Shown here: piece after piece, positions 36,850 through 50,879 of the stretch
How positions within the stretch are numbered: the first letter of the stretch is position 1
Layout of the letters: the number at the start of each line of letters is the position of its first letter
Assembly (NCBI GenBank): GCA_036172245.1
Contig: JAYWIR010000011.1
Coordinates: forward strand, 62,001 to 126,000
Reading direction: 5' to 3'
Length of the DNA: 64,000 nucleotides
DNA from: Raillietiella orientalis
Lineage: Eukaryota
Program-made: the position numbers and the translations under genes
The notes under the pieces: generated by a model
Databases searched by the model: none
What the model was told of the DNA's origin: nothing
Seen by the model: the letters and a program-made list of their open reading frames with translations, nothing else

Positions 36850-39800
36850 GAAAATAAGTAATCAAAAAGGCTGCCGACCCGTTGACCAATTTCTAAAGTC
36901 CGCTGCAAACCAGAATTGGCGTCCTGTTTTCGACCTTCCTGGACGCAAGTGCAGCCGAGGTGTTGGCCTTTCGAAATCACCCACCCCTTTGGTGAGGTTC
37001 CACGGAGGAGGAGGATGTGAGGTGCTGCCGGCGCGGACTCTTGCAAACACTTCTGGGGTGGTCCGTTCGTGTTTGCAGCACCTGCGGTCCCACTCGCCAG
37101 TCTTTTTGCACATCCGGCGATTCGAAGGTATCCCAACCGACCTTTTCCGCAGCAGACGGTGGCGGCCGTTCCTTCTGTGGCCAGGCACAGTCCCCAGGCG
37201 CTTCGAAAATCCTGCAGAAGCCAGCGGTGCCGTCGCCACTTCTTGCCACGAAAGGTCGAGCGGGGACCTCATCCGCCTTCTTTCTTCCAAGCGCAGTGGT
37301 CCACAGGTGCACGGGGATCAGCAGGTCTTCGAGCCCAAGGGGGCCGACCTCTTCGGTCCGTACGCGGTGTCTTGCCGTAGGATTTTCCCCAGCAGCGATC
37401 TCCGCCCCTCTGGCGGTCGGAGAGTGACGCAAGAGGAGATGGGCATCGCGACGCGGCGGCTTCCCTTTTCCTTGCCTCGTACTCGTGACTGCCAGGGTGA
37501 TCTGCAGCCGCCACCAAAGGACGATCGGGCGTGACGCCACGAGAGTGGACCAAGTGGCTAGGAGGCCCGTCCGTCTGGCCGTTTTCCGAGATGGTGACCC
37601 GGCGAGCGAAACCAGGAGCTGAAGAAGCTGCGTGTGTTGTGTCGCCCTAGGCGTCGACCGCGCGTCCCTCCCCCTCGCCCTCTCTCCCCAGTTCCGCTTA
37701 GGGATCGGTCCTCTACCCTTGAGACCCCCGCAACAACAGCAGCAGGACGAGCGAGCGGACGCAGGAGGTCATCGGCGCACGGGGAGTCGTTTTCGCCCTT
37801 AGTGAAGGGGGGTTGAGGCTCCCCAACAGCCAACGCAGGGAGCACGCTTGCTTGCCCTTGGGCTCCTGTGCTTCCTCGGGAGCCTGGGGAACCCTACCGA
37901 CTCTCTTTCGGGGAAGGAAGAGCAGATGAGGTCGCTTGATAGGCGGGATGTTGGGAAAAGATCCGGAAGTTCGGAGCGGAGGGGCTCGCGCAGGGGCCCT
38001 CTGCAAGCGCGGTCACGCAGCCTGGCAACGCAGCTTCCCATGCTCCGGCGTCCGGGGACACGTGCCACCCCAAGGCGGGGGACAAGACCCCAGAGCTCTC
38101 GCGCGCATGCTCCGAAGGTGCGGCGCGACGCGTAGCGTGTGTGGTCGATTCCGTTGCCCCTTCCTGGAGAGGATCCTCGATCGTGATTGGTCCGTCCCCG
38201 TCGACGCACGTCTCCGCGCATGCTCGTTTCGCGGCTCTTCACGTAGCAGCGAGCTGAGACACGAGTGCCGTAGTGTGGACGGTGGTTTACGCGTGTGGCT
38301 GTTTTCCTGCTTTTCCTGTCGGACCTGGCAGTGGTGTTCGTTGGGGTGGCTCGCATCTGGCAGCTGGGCTTTCCAAGGCATTCTTTTTTTTTTTTTTTTT
38401 GCCGTTCGTCGTCGTGTCTAACGCTATATTTGCGTGTGTGTGTTCTTCCTCCCCTCCCCCCTTCCCCTCGTACCAGTTCCTTCGATTGCTTGGTGGATGA
38501 ATGGTCAGATAGCCGGCATCTTGTAATTCTTGTTCTTGAAAGACTGCCTTCAGGATCGATTTCGGTTTCTGTGGGGCCTTCTTCATTTACGAATGGGTTC
38601 ATCTCTTTTGGCACGTGTTCGACAAATCTGTTTTTAGGTACTTGGATGCCTGAGCCTCCTTTGCGCGGCACGCGAAGTCTAGGTACGAAGGATGCTTTAG
38701 CTGCCCATGGATGGCGGACAACACCCCCGGCGCGGTGGTGGTACACGTTCCAAGAGCGCGCCCATATGCGCGCAGGTTGGATTGCTTTTCGACACAGCCT
38801 CTTGCACCACTTTCTGAAGGAAGAAGACCCGCAGCCTGCCGGAAGGACCGGACTGCCGTGGCGTCAGCCGTGGCGCACCGCAGCCTTCCCGGAGTCTTCG
38901 TCCGTATCGCCCGCGGCGCCGTCAGGCCAAGCGGCTGGGCGCCGGTGGTGGCGGGAGATTCGCAGAGACGATCGAACGGGAGGCGTGCGGCCTCGGGGCG
39001 ATGCGTAGCTCCGCTCGAGGCTCGCCCTTTCCCCGTTGGAGCCGGCCGCTGGGCCGGATAGTGCCTCGGAGATTCTCAGCTCGAAGATCGAATAAGAAGA
39101 CGAATGCTTCTGCGGAAGTGTCACGCGCGTGAGTCAGTCGTGCCCACGCTTGCTCGCATGGGCTCATCCCCCCCCCCCTTCTCTCGTCCAGCCCTAGGAA
39201 CCCTCACCTATCGCGCAAACGTCATTCCATTTTTTTCAAGCTTTTTTCAAGCATTTTCAGCAGTGAGGGGGAGGGAGGGAGGGATCGCCATATTGGCTTG
39301 AAGTGCCGGGCTGACGGGCTTCGCCCGGTTGCCTGGCAACGCGGCGGCGCGCGCGAACGTTGCCTGCTATGCAGAGAGGACCGATGCATAAGCGCAGCAA
39401 GCAGCGGAGGGCAGGGAGAAGGTTCAGACGAAGAGGAAAATGCATAGGGAAGCGGAGGGGTCATTGAGTGATTGGGAAGAACACCCTCGCTCTCCCCTTC
39501 GAGGAGCGGAAAGCCGCGACTCTGAGCTGGGGATACGACGCTGCCGTTCGGTGACGTCATGTGCGCGCTCTCGTCCTCGCTTCTCTCCGTGCGTGACGTG
39601 GAGAGCGTTCGTTGGGGTCTGCGGGTTGGTTCGGAAAGGTCAACGCAGTCAAACAGTGACGGAATCTTTATGTGACATAGGCGCGACCCATGCTCTCGGG
39701 GGACTCGGCTCTTGCCGGCGCGCCCCCGCGAGAAAGAAAGGGGAGAGGAACAAATCCTTCTTCCTGCTGCTCGCGGCCTTTTCGTTGCGTCGCGCCGTCG

Positions 39801-41200
39801 TCACGGGCGACGGGCGCCCCACTTCTCCGCTTGTTCCCCTCCTTTCCGGAGATCCCCGAGGGCGCTGCAGCGCCCGCCTTTCCTCCCCTTTCCGCTCTGG
39901 GGCGGCCGGAACGCGGACCCCGGAGGTCGAGAGGGCCACGTGTATTCCCTTCTGCCCCGGGCGACCCAGGTCGGCAGAACGTCTCCTCCCTTCTTCTACC
40001 CCTCATCTGCGAGGGTCAATCTCGGCGTATCTTGGGGTCAAGTTGGAGCTGATCGAGCGTTCCCGGGCAACGCCCTCGTAGAGAGGGCGGGGTAGTCGGG
40101 TCGCTCCCCCTCCCTCCGCCTCTTCCCTTTCGCTTCAGGTCATTTCTTGGTGCGGGGACGCCTTCGGCGATCCCCTGTTTCCGGGTAGGGGAGGCGCGGC
40201 GGGATTGATCCCCTCCTTACCTCGGCCCTGAAGAGAGCGGAAGGAAAAGACAAAGAAATCGGGATCCGTGGATCACGGGAGGGTCCGAGAGACTAAAGGG
40301 CTTCCCTGACTCAGACTTCCAGTGCAGGGAAGATGGCGCAGGGTGCTCCCGAGGCGCATGCCGGAGGTCGAGCGAACGCGGGGCGCGAAGAAGCGGCGGC
40401 GCCCGTGGAGAGCTTGGAGTTCCATCGTCGCCCACTTAGGACGGGAGGAGGAAGCTCCGCGCTGGGCCTGCGTAGCCCGGAGGGCGCCTTCGGGCGATGC
40501 CCAGCGCGCGTGCGTATTACTTTGTAATACGCTCGAGACACCCCTCCTTCTCCCTGTTCCTCCTTGTCCTCTCAATGTGCGGCGCGCTTCGATCCGTCCC
40601 GTGTGATGGCGCATGCGTACTCCTTCCTTCGCTTCCCCCCCCCCCTCCCCTCCCCTCCTCCTTTCCCGTCCCGCTTAGGTGGCGCTGGAAAGGAACGCTC
40701 GGAGCGGACGTGCGGACGCTGTCACTGCCGGGTGGGCGGGAAATCCAACGCCACCGCCTCGGTGAACGCCTCTCCTCCGCCCTCCCGACGGGCGACGGAA
40801 GGAGACGCGCCAGAAGGCGCGCAACCCGGAAAGGGGCAAAGCCAGTTCGAAGCACCACCGCCGCCACCATCGCTTTCCGCTCACTGGGCAACAAGCCACC
40901 GGCGTGCGCGCGGATGCGAAACGGGTGAGGGCGGGGCCCGCCCTCACCCGTTTCTCGGCATTCCTCCCGTTCCCTATTGTTCCTCGGGCGAAAGCGGAAG
41001 GCCAGGGGATGCGGCTCCTCGTGGATCCGCGGAGGGCAGGCAGCCTTCGGGATTTCGGCGACCAAGGCACACAGTCTCCTTGTCCCACCGTTCGTGTTTC
41101 ACCGTGGACGGTGTTCTTTCCTGAGCCGGAAAGTTCTGACGCTGAAGATGCGAGAATGCTCTCGGATGCAGCAGTGGGTGGGGCATCTCCTAGGTGAACT
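36850..41200 (-). mobile_element. GC-rich cluster of decayed non-LTR retroelement remnants (probably more than one element)
   Basis: RKKDLFLSPFFL (QGDPLSP.LF-like) followed by AY..DSVTV near 39650-39770. Composition matches the other GC-rich LINE relics, and no host-like ORF is present. Confidence 0.35.
40918..40954. repeat. Near-perfect 37-bp palindrome (18-bp arms, 1-nt spacer)
   Basis: GAAACGGGTGAGGGCGGG-G-CCCGCCCTCACCCGTTTC; the arms are exact reverse complements. Confidence 0.95.
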
Positions 41201-41507
41201 GCCTTCGGGCTGGATGATGCGAATACTCTTCGGATCCGAATTTTCGGTTGGTTCTTGCGCTTTGTTTCGTTTTTCCTTTTCCTGCCGAAGCTTTCGCCGA
41301 CTCGTTTTTGAAGACGCGGGATGATGGCGCTCTGCTGCTTTTTCCCTCTTGGAGTCCTTAGACCACGCCCTGCTTATGCATGCGACGCGGTGGTGCACAA
41401 GTCCTCCTTTGGCAGGAGATTCAGGCTGCAGAAGCACTTGCGAGGGGAAGGAGAGTGAAAAAAAAAAAAAAAAAAAAAAAAAGAACAAACAGACACAGAA
41501 AGGAAAG

Positions 41508-41543
<36 letters not shown>

Positions 41544-43312
41544 TTTTTCTTTTGTCGTTTTCATCTTTCTTGTCCGCTTTTCAGAAAGAAAGAGAACACG
41601 AGCACCTCGTGCGTGCGTTCGGAATTTTGCACAGAGGTGGTACGGGCGCACACCTCAAGTAATGACAGTGTCAGCATAGCCAGCCGGTGTGTTGCAACAC
41701 CAGAACAGACACTCCCGATTTGCCATCATCCCGCGCTCACGTTCATGCGACACACCAAGGGAAAGCCGGGAAGACGGGAGTCCCGAACGGAGGCCTCCTC
41801 CTGCTCTCCAAACGAACCCATCCCGGCGTGCACCACGTGCAGCCAAACTCGACTCTCGCGTTTCGTTAAGGTAAACACGAACAACACTACATCCCAGGTT
41901 TCAGACAAAAGACTGTCGGAGTCCTTATCGCATCACGTGAGCACATCATGAAGTTACGTTATTTAAGCCACGTTGAAGAACGAAGTCGCCGCCGATTCAA
42001 GAAAGTTTCTGGGGGAGGGGGGGGGGGAGAAGAAAGAAAGAAGAAGAAGAAGAAGAAGAAAAAAAAAAAAAAACAGGGAAATGGGAAGCATTCCAAACTG
42101 AAATCTCGTTGCATTCGTAACAGACATGCTTTTTAAGGCTGGGGAGGGAGGGGGGGGGTACGTTCCGATTATCTTCCCGACCCAAAATACGTGCAGATAT
42201 CTGTGGGCGAGACAAAAAAAAAAAAACATGTCCTCCGCAAGCAAGCAGTGCATGTGTAATGTAACGGTAGAAGATCACTAAATCCAGTAGGCGTTCTTTG
42301 GAAAAATCAATCCAGGCAGGTCACAGATGAATTCTTGTTATCGCATCGAATTTAGCTGCTTGCAGTGAATTCTAAAGGATCATGTGATATTCGATTAAAC
42401 ATAAAAGCTCGTTTGCCCGCAGTACGTAACGCTTTATGCTTGCGTTTTCCAAGATACCCAGAAGTAGCATTCGCCATGAGTGTGAGTGCGGAAGATTTTG
42501 TTTGCAGCAGTCTAAGAAATGAAGTGTTTCGTTGTACTGTATATGTGAATAGGCTGTACTTGATGGTATTGCACTAGTTAGCTTTTCCGTGAACATCCAG
42601 CACATTCCGAATCGAAATCGATGTATTTGCTTCTAAACTGTTAACTGCAAATGATTTGCCGAGTCAAGAAAAATCATACTTGAAAAATCAATTACAGAAA
42701 TCCGTCTTAATGGTAAATTTTATACGAAAAAGTATAACCTTGAATGTTCAAGTAAATTGTTTACATGTATGTAGCATGTATTCCGTTTTGCGTATCCGAG
42801 AGTTTGTATAAATAATTTGAATGGAATAAACGTAAAGCTTCTTGAGATTGGTAAGAATGAATTTTTGACTAGTGTTGTGCATTACATCTTTTGACCTTGA
42901 TGTGATAAAACTAACAGTGTCGTGCGGAAAAATGTAAAATGCCTCATGTTCTGATTTTCCGTGCCTACTTTGCGTTCTATTGTCTTGCATTTCTAAAAAA
43001 ACTTCCGCACCAATACAGTTTGGTAATAAGAAATGCGCTGCTTTCACCCAAATTGCTTAAAATTACTTCTGTTTGCCAAAGTACTTTTTCACACCAATGT
43101 AATAATGCCTATTGGATATGTGATTACATAAACTTACATGCAGTTATGCCTTTTTAGTGCTTTGGTTTGGAGTTTTGTTTTCAACTGCACTGCACTTAAT
43201 TTTTGCCACCCTTTTTAAGGTTTTTTTTCTTTTCTTCCAGATAGGTTGCTATGTTCCATAGACATGGAGAAAGCTGTTGGAGATAGACATAAAAAGTATA
43301 CAACTGAAAATA

Positions 43313-46300
43313 ATGTCTAAGCTTTATAATAAAAAAAATCACAATTCGTACCCAAATAGTAAATCCAAACCTCACTCCAATAAAAGTTCTCATGGCAGAC
43401 ATGCGTATTCCAAAAGTGAACACAATAAAAGTTCAAGTAAAAGTTTATCAGAAAAGAATTTGTCTTCTGCTGCAATTTCCTGTAGAAATAAAATGACAAG
43501 TAGTAAACCCCTTGTTGAATATTCAGATGTGAGTTCTGAGGATTTCTCAGAACCAGAACAAGGTGAAATACAAGAAGATTCTAGCTTAAGTGAAGGTGAA
43601 GTAAGTCCCATAGTGTTAAAACAGCGTTCAACATTATCTGATTCAGATAAAGAAGGACATTTGGAAAAATCTTTTCGAACTAGATCATCTGTTTCTTCAG
43701 GAGACAATTATTCTCCTATGCATTCAAAGTATAGTTCAGAAAGAATAAAAGATAGGAAAAGAGATAAACGTAAAAAAAGAAAACGAGAGAAATCTAAGAA
43801 AAAACGGCATCTGAAGAGCCCTAATTTGAAAAAAAGAAGAAGGAAGTTGAAAAGAAGATCACTGGATAGAAATCATGAAAGCCTCTCCTCAAAACTTATT
43901 GGTGTCAGTCCTGTATCATCAGGAGATGAGTTTGATCATTGTGAGCACAAGGCTAGTCAGGAAAGATGTTCTCCCAGGACTAATCACAGTGTGGGAACTA
44001 TGAGTCCCATTAGTTCCAGTTCTGATTTAATATTGATAGAAAGAACAGGATTGTCTCCTCTTTCCCATTCCTTGACATCATCTCAAAAAATATATGATAA
44101 TATGATTCGTAATCCTTCGCCATCTAAGCACTCTGAAAGTCCCATTAGTTCAAAATCAAAATCAGATCAAAGTTCACTCTCTAGTCCTACTCCTAAAAGA
44201 AAACGGTCAACTTCAACTTCAAGAGAAAAAAGAAGGCACAAAGCTCATGCAGAAGAAAGTAGATCTCCAAGGTTTATATTATTTCATTGTAAATTTTTCA
44301 GTGCTTTATTGTATAATGTACAATGTTTGGATCTGTGTGTGTGTGTGAGAAAATGCGCATTTTCTATAGAAAGTTTGTGACTGTTTTGAATCTTTACATG
44401 CTTCCATATGCAAAATTTTGTGTCCATTGTTAAATTTTAGATCAAAACGAAGCAGGCATAGCATGGATTCAGTGAACGCCATGCATAGTTACAGTCCTGT
44501 TCACAAAAGGAAGTCTCCATCTCATAATGCAACTTCAGTGAAAAGGGATATATCCAGATCAAGGTCTCCTGCAAGAAGTTCGTGGAGCTTGTCTAATCGT
44601 CCTAGGGATCGAAGCCATAATAGAAGAAAGCATAAAAGTCCTGACATCCTTTCCAAAAGCACTGCCAATGCAAGGAGATTGGCAGCACAGGATAAATTGA
44701 ATGCTACCACGCTGTTTGCAGAATTGGTGAAAAGAAGACAAAAGCGGGAAGTTGAGGAAGCCACTATCATTGACATAGCAACAACACCTATAACTATCGA
44801 TCTGGATACGCCTATTTTGGATGAAATCAAAACAGATGATCCCTCAAATGATGACACTCAAGTGCAGTCAAGCTATGACAAAGTTGAAGCAGAAAGCAAA
44901 AGGGAAGATGGTTGTGATAACTTGTATTCTGAGGCAAATCAGAAAGAGGATGGAGAATTGAAAGAAATTGATATAAAAAGCATAAACAGCAAACATCCTA
45001 GTCTGATTGATTTGCCAATGCCTCCAGGTGTGGAACTTGAATTTGAGACAATTGAATCACCAGCAAGTCCCAATACACCACATGAGCTTGATTATTTAGA
45101 ATCGGAAAGCAAAGTTCATTTCAAATCTAAGGAAACACACATAAGCCTCACCAAAGATCTTCCAATGCCACCAGGTATATTGCAAAATTAAGGAATTAAT
45201 TTATTTTTGGATTTTTAGTTGTTCCTGGAGCCGAGGATCTTTCCCCAATAGATGACAGTGCCTTATCTTCACCACCAGCATCTGTCTCTTTCACCAATTA
45301 TTCAGTAACGTTAAAACATCACAAACCGCGCCCTAAAACAAAAAGACCTCGAATATTGCACAGAAGAAAAGTTCAGGAAACTGGTTATAAGGATTGGGGA
45401 GAGCGGTGTGTGGATGCATTTGAAATAATTGAAATTATCGGTGAAGGAACCTATGGACAGGTTTTTAAAGCAAAAGATGTCAAATCTGGTGAGCTAGTAA
45501 TTTTTTCTAATTTTACAATTAGAGAAAATTGCTGTTTTCTTTAGGTGAGTTAGTTGCCTTAAAAAAAGTGCGTTTAGAAAACGAAAAAGAAGGATTTCCT
45601 ATAACAGCTGTTCGAGAAATAAAGATTTTAAGACAGCTGAATCACAAAAATATTGTGAACTTGAAAGAAATTGTGACTGACAAGCAAGACGCCCTAGAAT
45701 TTCGAAAAGTATGAAGTTTCGGTTAATTCTAAGTCATTTTGTTTGTTTGTTTGTTTTTTGATTTTCTTTCAGTACATTCTGTTGCAGTAATGTAAACTTG
45801 ATTTGCTGTTTTTGAAACAGCACATCTTTTCTTCCCCCCCCCCCCCTCCTCCTCCATGTGAAGTACAAGAAATGCTCAAGAGTATTCTTTTTATGTTTTT
45901 AGGATAAAAAAGGATCTTTTTATTTGGTTTTTGAATATATGGATCATGATTTGATGGGATTACTAGATTCTGGTATGGTGAATTTCAGTGAATATGATAA
46001 TGCAAGCATAATGAAACAATTGTTGGATGGCTTGAATTATTGTCACAAAAAGAATTTTCTGCATCGTGATATCAAGTGCAGCAATATTTTAATGAATAAT
46101 AGGTGAGTGTTTGTAATATAGTGCTGCTGTGCACACTCGGCTTCCAATCTTTGCAGAGGTCAAGTAAAATTGGCTGATTTTGGATTGGCTAGATTATATA
46201 GTGCTGAAGACAAACTAAGACCTTATACCAATAGGGTTATCACACTTTGGTATCGACCTCCAGAATTGCTTTTAGGAGAAGAGCGCTATGGTCCAGCAAT

Positions 46301-47956
46301 TGATATTTGGAGTTGTGGTTGCATTCTAGGAGAATTGTTTTTAAAGAAACCACTGTTTCAGGTTACATTCACAATTGTTTTGTTGCATTGCATATTGGAA
46401 TATGTTGTGTAATGTAACAGTTTTTGTCATTCAATTTGTACTTGCATTGCATTTAAATTGTATAGACTACATGTATTATAATGAAAACAATGAAAAACAG
46501 AAGCAGCAAATAGTGATATTTTGAACACTTTTAGCCTTCAGTGATTTTAATATCCTAAAGCATATTACTTGGTGGTTTTTGCAAAACGTATAATGTTATG
46601 TGTATCATTTTACACACACATTTCGCCAAAGTTGCTATTAATGTATATTTTCTGCCAATTTCAAACACAGAAACATGAAAAGTCTTCGATTTACACCTGT
46701 TATTGTTACTTCTACGTATTGTAGAATTCATAAGAATGAAATGTACAGCAGGAATTCCGGTTTCTAGAGGAAATTTAATTTAGTAGTTTCAGTGAATTAT
46801 GGTTCGTATTGAATCTTGAAGCAAACGATTTTGTTTTTTTTTGTGAATTCATGCGATGTCAACTAACTGCGTGTTTATATTTCAGGCAAACACTGAAATA
46901 GCGCAGCTGGAGACTATTTCACGTTTGTGTGGTTCCCCATGCCCATCAATATGGCCCAAAGTTATTCATTTACCACAATGGACTACTCTTAAACTAAGAA
47001 AAACTTATAGGCGTAGACTGAAAGAGGATTTTTTTTTTATGCCTGATTCAGCTTTGGATCTCCTTGATAAAATGTTAGAGTTAGATCCTGAAAAGAGAAT
47101 CAGTGCAGATGACGCACTGAAGTCATCTTGGCTAAAAGGAGTTAGCCCTGATAAGTACGTCAAACCTTTCTTTTTGACAGTTTTTTTCTTCATTGTGTAT
47201 TTGCGATGACAATGACGTTAAATCTGTCTGTAGGATGACCCCACCTCTATTACCTACATGGCAAGATTGTCATGAAATGTGGAGCAAAAAAAGAAGGAAA
47301 CAACTCAGAGAACAGCAGGACTCTGTTCCTCCAAATCTTCCTCCTGGTAAGCCTGCAGGTCTGAAAACAGGAAAGCCAGAAGAAATGGATATAGGAAGGT
47401 TAGACTGCTCTAGAGCCAGAAATGATAGTTGTTCATGATCCAAATATTTTCTTGCAGTTCCTCGCGACAAATCAAATTAGAATCTGGTTTTGGCCACGAT
47501 TCTCGTGAAGGCTATTGTCCAGCTACTCAAAATTCTGCTTCCCCATCCACTCCACCAGTTCTTGCCCCTTTTGTGACTGCATCGAATAGTACAGGTTCAA
47601 ATGGCCATACTCCACCAGTTCTACAAGTGCCTTGTTCTGCAACACCACCAGCTGTTAAACTTAAAATTGTTTCCCCGATTCCTGCTTTAAAGCAAAACGA
47701 ACTTGATTTGGGAAAGTTGCAAAAGCAGCTTACAAAACTCAACAGCCTTTTGCAAAAGGAAACTCTGCATGCTGACCATATTTCTTCATTAGCATCCTTG
47801 CAGGTTTGTTAAATGTCATGCAATCATAAATCACACACCATCCTAGACAAAGACATTCTTTTTGATAACCAAAGAAAACATTATAAAATAAAAACTATAA
47901 TTGCGGACAGAGACGAGGCTAAAAACAATTACGAAATCGTAGTCATGGTCCGAAAG

Positions 47957-48011
<55 letters not shown>

Positions 48012-48154
48012 CCCCTCTCTCTCCCCCTCCCTCCCTCTCCCTCTCCCTGAAATTATTAGAAACAAAAGAAATTATGATAGACTTACATCGCAAGCTATGC
48101 AATTTAAGATCCTTTATTATTATTTGTGTATTGATGAATATATATATATATATA

Positions 48155-48205
<51 letters not shown>

Positions 48206-48852
48206 GTATCTATGTATATATAGGTGTGCGTGTATATGTGCATATATATTTGTGTGTGTATACATATACGTATAAAGAATTCATTTCGCAGTAGTTGAAA
48301 CAAGTATGCTTATTCGGAATTGTAGCTTTAAGTTTGAAGGGTGTTGGACGAGATCACAACCGTTGATATCTTTTTATATCAAAAGACTAGCAGTAATCCT
48401 GAGGTCAAACAGCTTCTAGAGAACCTTCATACACAATTACAGCTGGCGTTAAAACAATATTTACCTCGTCACGTAGATGCAGAAGAAAAAAACCCTCCTG
48501 TACCTTCAGGTAACTATGCTTGCTCATTAATTTTTGTTCCTCCAATTTTTGCCCGCGATTAAATTTTATGTAGATATCCTCATACATTGTATATATACAT
48601 ATATATAAACAATGTGCTTCAAAAGTACAGATGGAAAAATATTTAAGTATCACACGTCTCAGCTCATATGTATGAGACAGTTGAGAGCTTATATGAAAGT
48701 TGTCAGTTCATTTTATATCTTCATCCCAATTTGTTTTGCCCACCTAAGGTCTGCAATATTCAAGTGGGCCTTATCCTGATACACCGCTCACCGAGCGTGT
48801 GAAAATAACACTCAATCGTCTTCTGAGGCATTGTGGTCTGTCAACCGAGTAA
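43313..48852 (+). CDS. CDK12: Cyclin-dependent kinase 12/13 (RNA Pol II CTD kinase) with RS-rich N-terminus; 11 coding exons
   Basis: Exons 43313-44271 ([22 protein letters not shown], Arg/Ser-rich), 44441-45174, 45219-45488 ([20 protein letters not shown]), 45545-45708 ([17 protein letters not shown]), 45903-46102 ([16 protein letters not shown]), 46157-46361 ([27 protein letters not shown]), 46886-47154, 47234-47398 ([13 protein letters not shown], the CDK12/13 C-terminal extension), 47458-47803, 48386-48509, 48749-48852 (stop TAA). All junctions are GT-AG and phase-compatible. The last two exons are less certain, and a GA|GTAAGG donor at 48849 could extend the gene. Confidence 0.96.
47960..48270. 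repeat. Compound (CT)n / (TA)n-(TACA)n microsatellites in a CDK12 intron
   Basis: (CT)n at about 47960-48007 and TA/TACA repeats at about 48138-48205 are directly visible. Confidence 0.95.
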
Positions 48853-50879
48853 GGTACGATCCATCCCCAACATGGCTTCCATATTTCAAGCTTCCTTCTC
48901 ATCCTAAGAACTTACATTAGTGAAGTCTTCACGAAAGAGTTTCAAATAAGTTTATTGAAGAAGACAAAAACAAAAAAAATCTTGGTATATCTTACATAAA
49001 AGTTTGGAAAACTGCTTTCATTGCAATCAACGATTATGTGATAACAGAAATCCAAAACTCGATTTGGTTTGTGATTCTTAGAAATGCTGGTATTTAGGAT
49101 GCATTGTTGGACAACATGGCTTATACAACAGTCATTGGCTGATAAGAGTCGTCAACCGAGTTTACCATTGCGTTTTCAATAGTAGTTTTAAGTACTGGTA
49201 AAGTGATACCGTGATTGGCTTATGACTATTTGCATAAAGTTATATACGATGATAATTATAGCAGAGTTTCTTATGGAAGTTGTTTTGAGGTGTAATTTTC
49301 ATTTCCAACCGCCCCTTTCGTTCTCACGCTTGCCGCGTAAAGGTCACCACTGGTGGACACGCATCCTAAATGCAGTGAAGAGTTTCTCGATCCTTCCGTG
49401 CCTCTGCCTGAAGGGGGGGGGGAGCCCCTAGGATAGGATAACGCTTTAATACATGGAAGTTCCATTTCCCTTTTAAGTAAATATGTCCAACAAGCACTTG
49501 CACAGGATTTTCTCTCATGAAAAAATCGGCTTAAATAAAAGGGTGATGCTAAGGCCAGCTAGAGGTGTAGCGATCCTCAGAAATCCCAGCTTTGGGAAGT
49601 TGGCCCCGTCCCTAATTAATTTAAGCTAGAAGATTTGATTCAAATTGGAAGAGTCCCGTGCAATCATATCCTTTGCCGTTTTTAAAGGTTTTCTCTTCTT
49701 CCCACTCCCCCCCCCCTCTCTCTCTCTCTCTCTGTTTTTTTTTTTTTTTTTGCTTTTCCGTTTTCGCGTGGAGGTGTTTTCCGTTGCGTCAAGTAAAAGA
49801 AGCTCCCCTTGCTTTGTGTGGTTTCCATCTTTTGAAGTTGCTGATCTTGCGCTTTACAGGTGCTTGCAGAGCAGATGCTCCATTGACCTTTGTGCACAAA
49901 TGCTGTTACAGATCACAGGTCCTCTCCTGCGGTCAGTGTTTTGGTGTGTTTTTCACGCGGAGGGAAGCACCGTCGGCCTTTCCGTGTGATCCATCCTCCC
50001 CCCGTGTCGAGGATTTCCTTTTCGGTATTCGAATCTCTCTCTGGTTTTCTCGTGAGGAGCAACCTTTCCATGAGGGGACGGGTAGGTGGGGGCCACCCAA
50101 AGCATGGTCTGGTCCACGTGAGTTTGCGTGTGCACATCCAAAGTCATCGGAGCTGTTTCTGTAAACCAGATAATCTGGGTCGCTGAACACGATACGATGG
50201 CCCCAGGCAATCTCTTTTTTGCATCGACAGTTTCCACAGACAGCCTCGCCACCACACACATTTAGCTCAATCCACAGTTAGAGCCAGCAAACTAATGTCT
50301 TTCGAATTACTATTTATTTGATATGATCCCAAGTAATTTTAACGGATAGCAGCGCAGATCCGAAAGTTCAAGGGGTTTATGTACCGACTTCTCGAAAAAG
50401 AATTGTGCTTGTGAAATAGAAACTTCAGCTGCATCTCAAATTCGGAAACTATGCCGCAGTTTTTTTTATTTATTATATATATATTTTTTAAAGCATTCAA
50501 AGCTTATTGTGGTTCCGAATAAGAAAAATATGAAATCACATTACACTCCTGTGATTTAGCAGACCCGAAACTTACCTGATGCTTCTGTTTCTTCTTCTTC
50601 GCTTCCCCCCCCCCCCCCCCCGTTTCAATTGATTATTTCATTTCAAAATTTTTTCTTTTTTTTCTTCCAGAGTGTCTAATTGATCAAGAAATACAATCAC
50701 AAGAAACTTATCGCAAGAATGGGAAAAAAAAAAAAATTTATTTTAAGATACTGATTTGATGGTATAAAAACGAAATCCTTTCCGCAACTGAGCTGCTCTT
50801 CGTCCTGTAACATATTTCGTTACGTTCACTCGTAAAGACTCGAAAAATGCAAATGTGTTGTGCATCTCTTCGAATGAAA

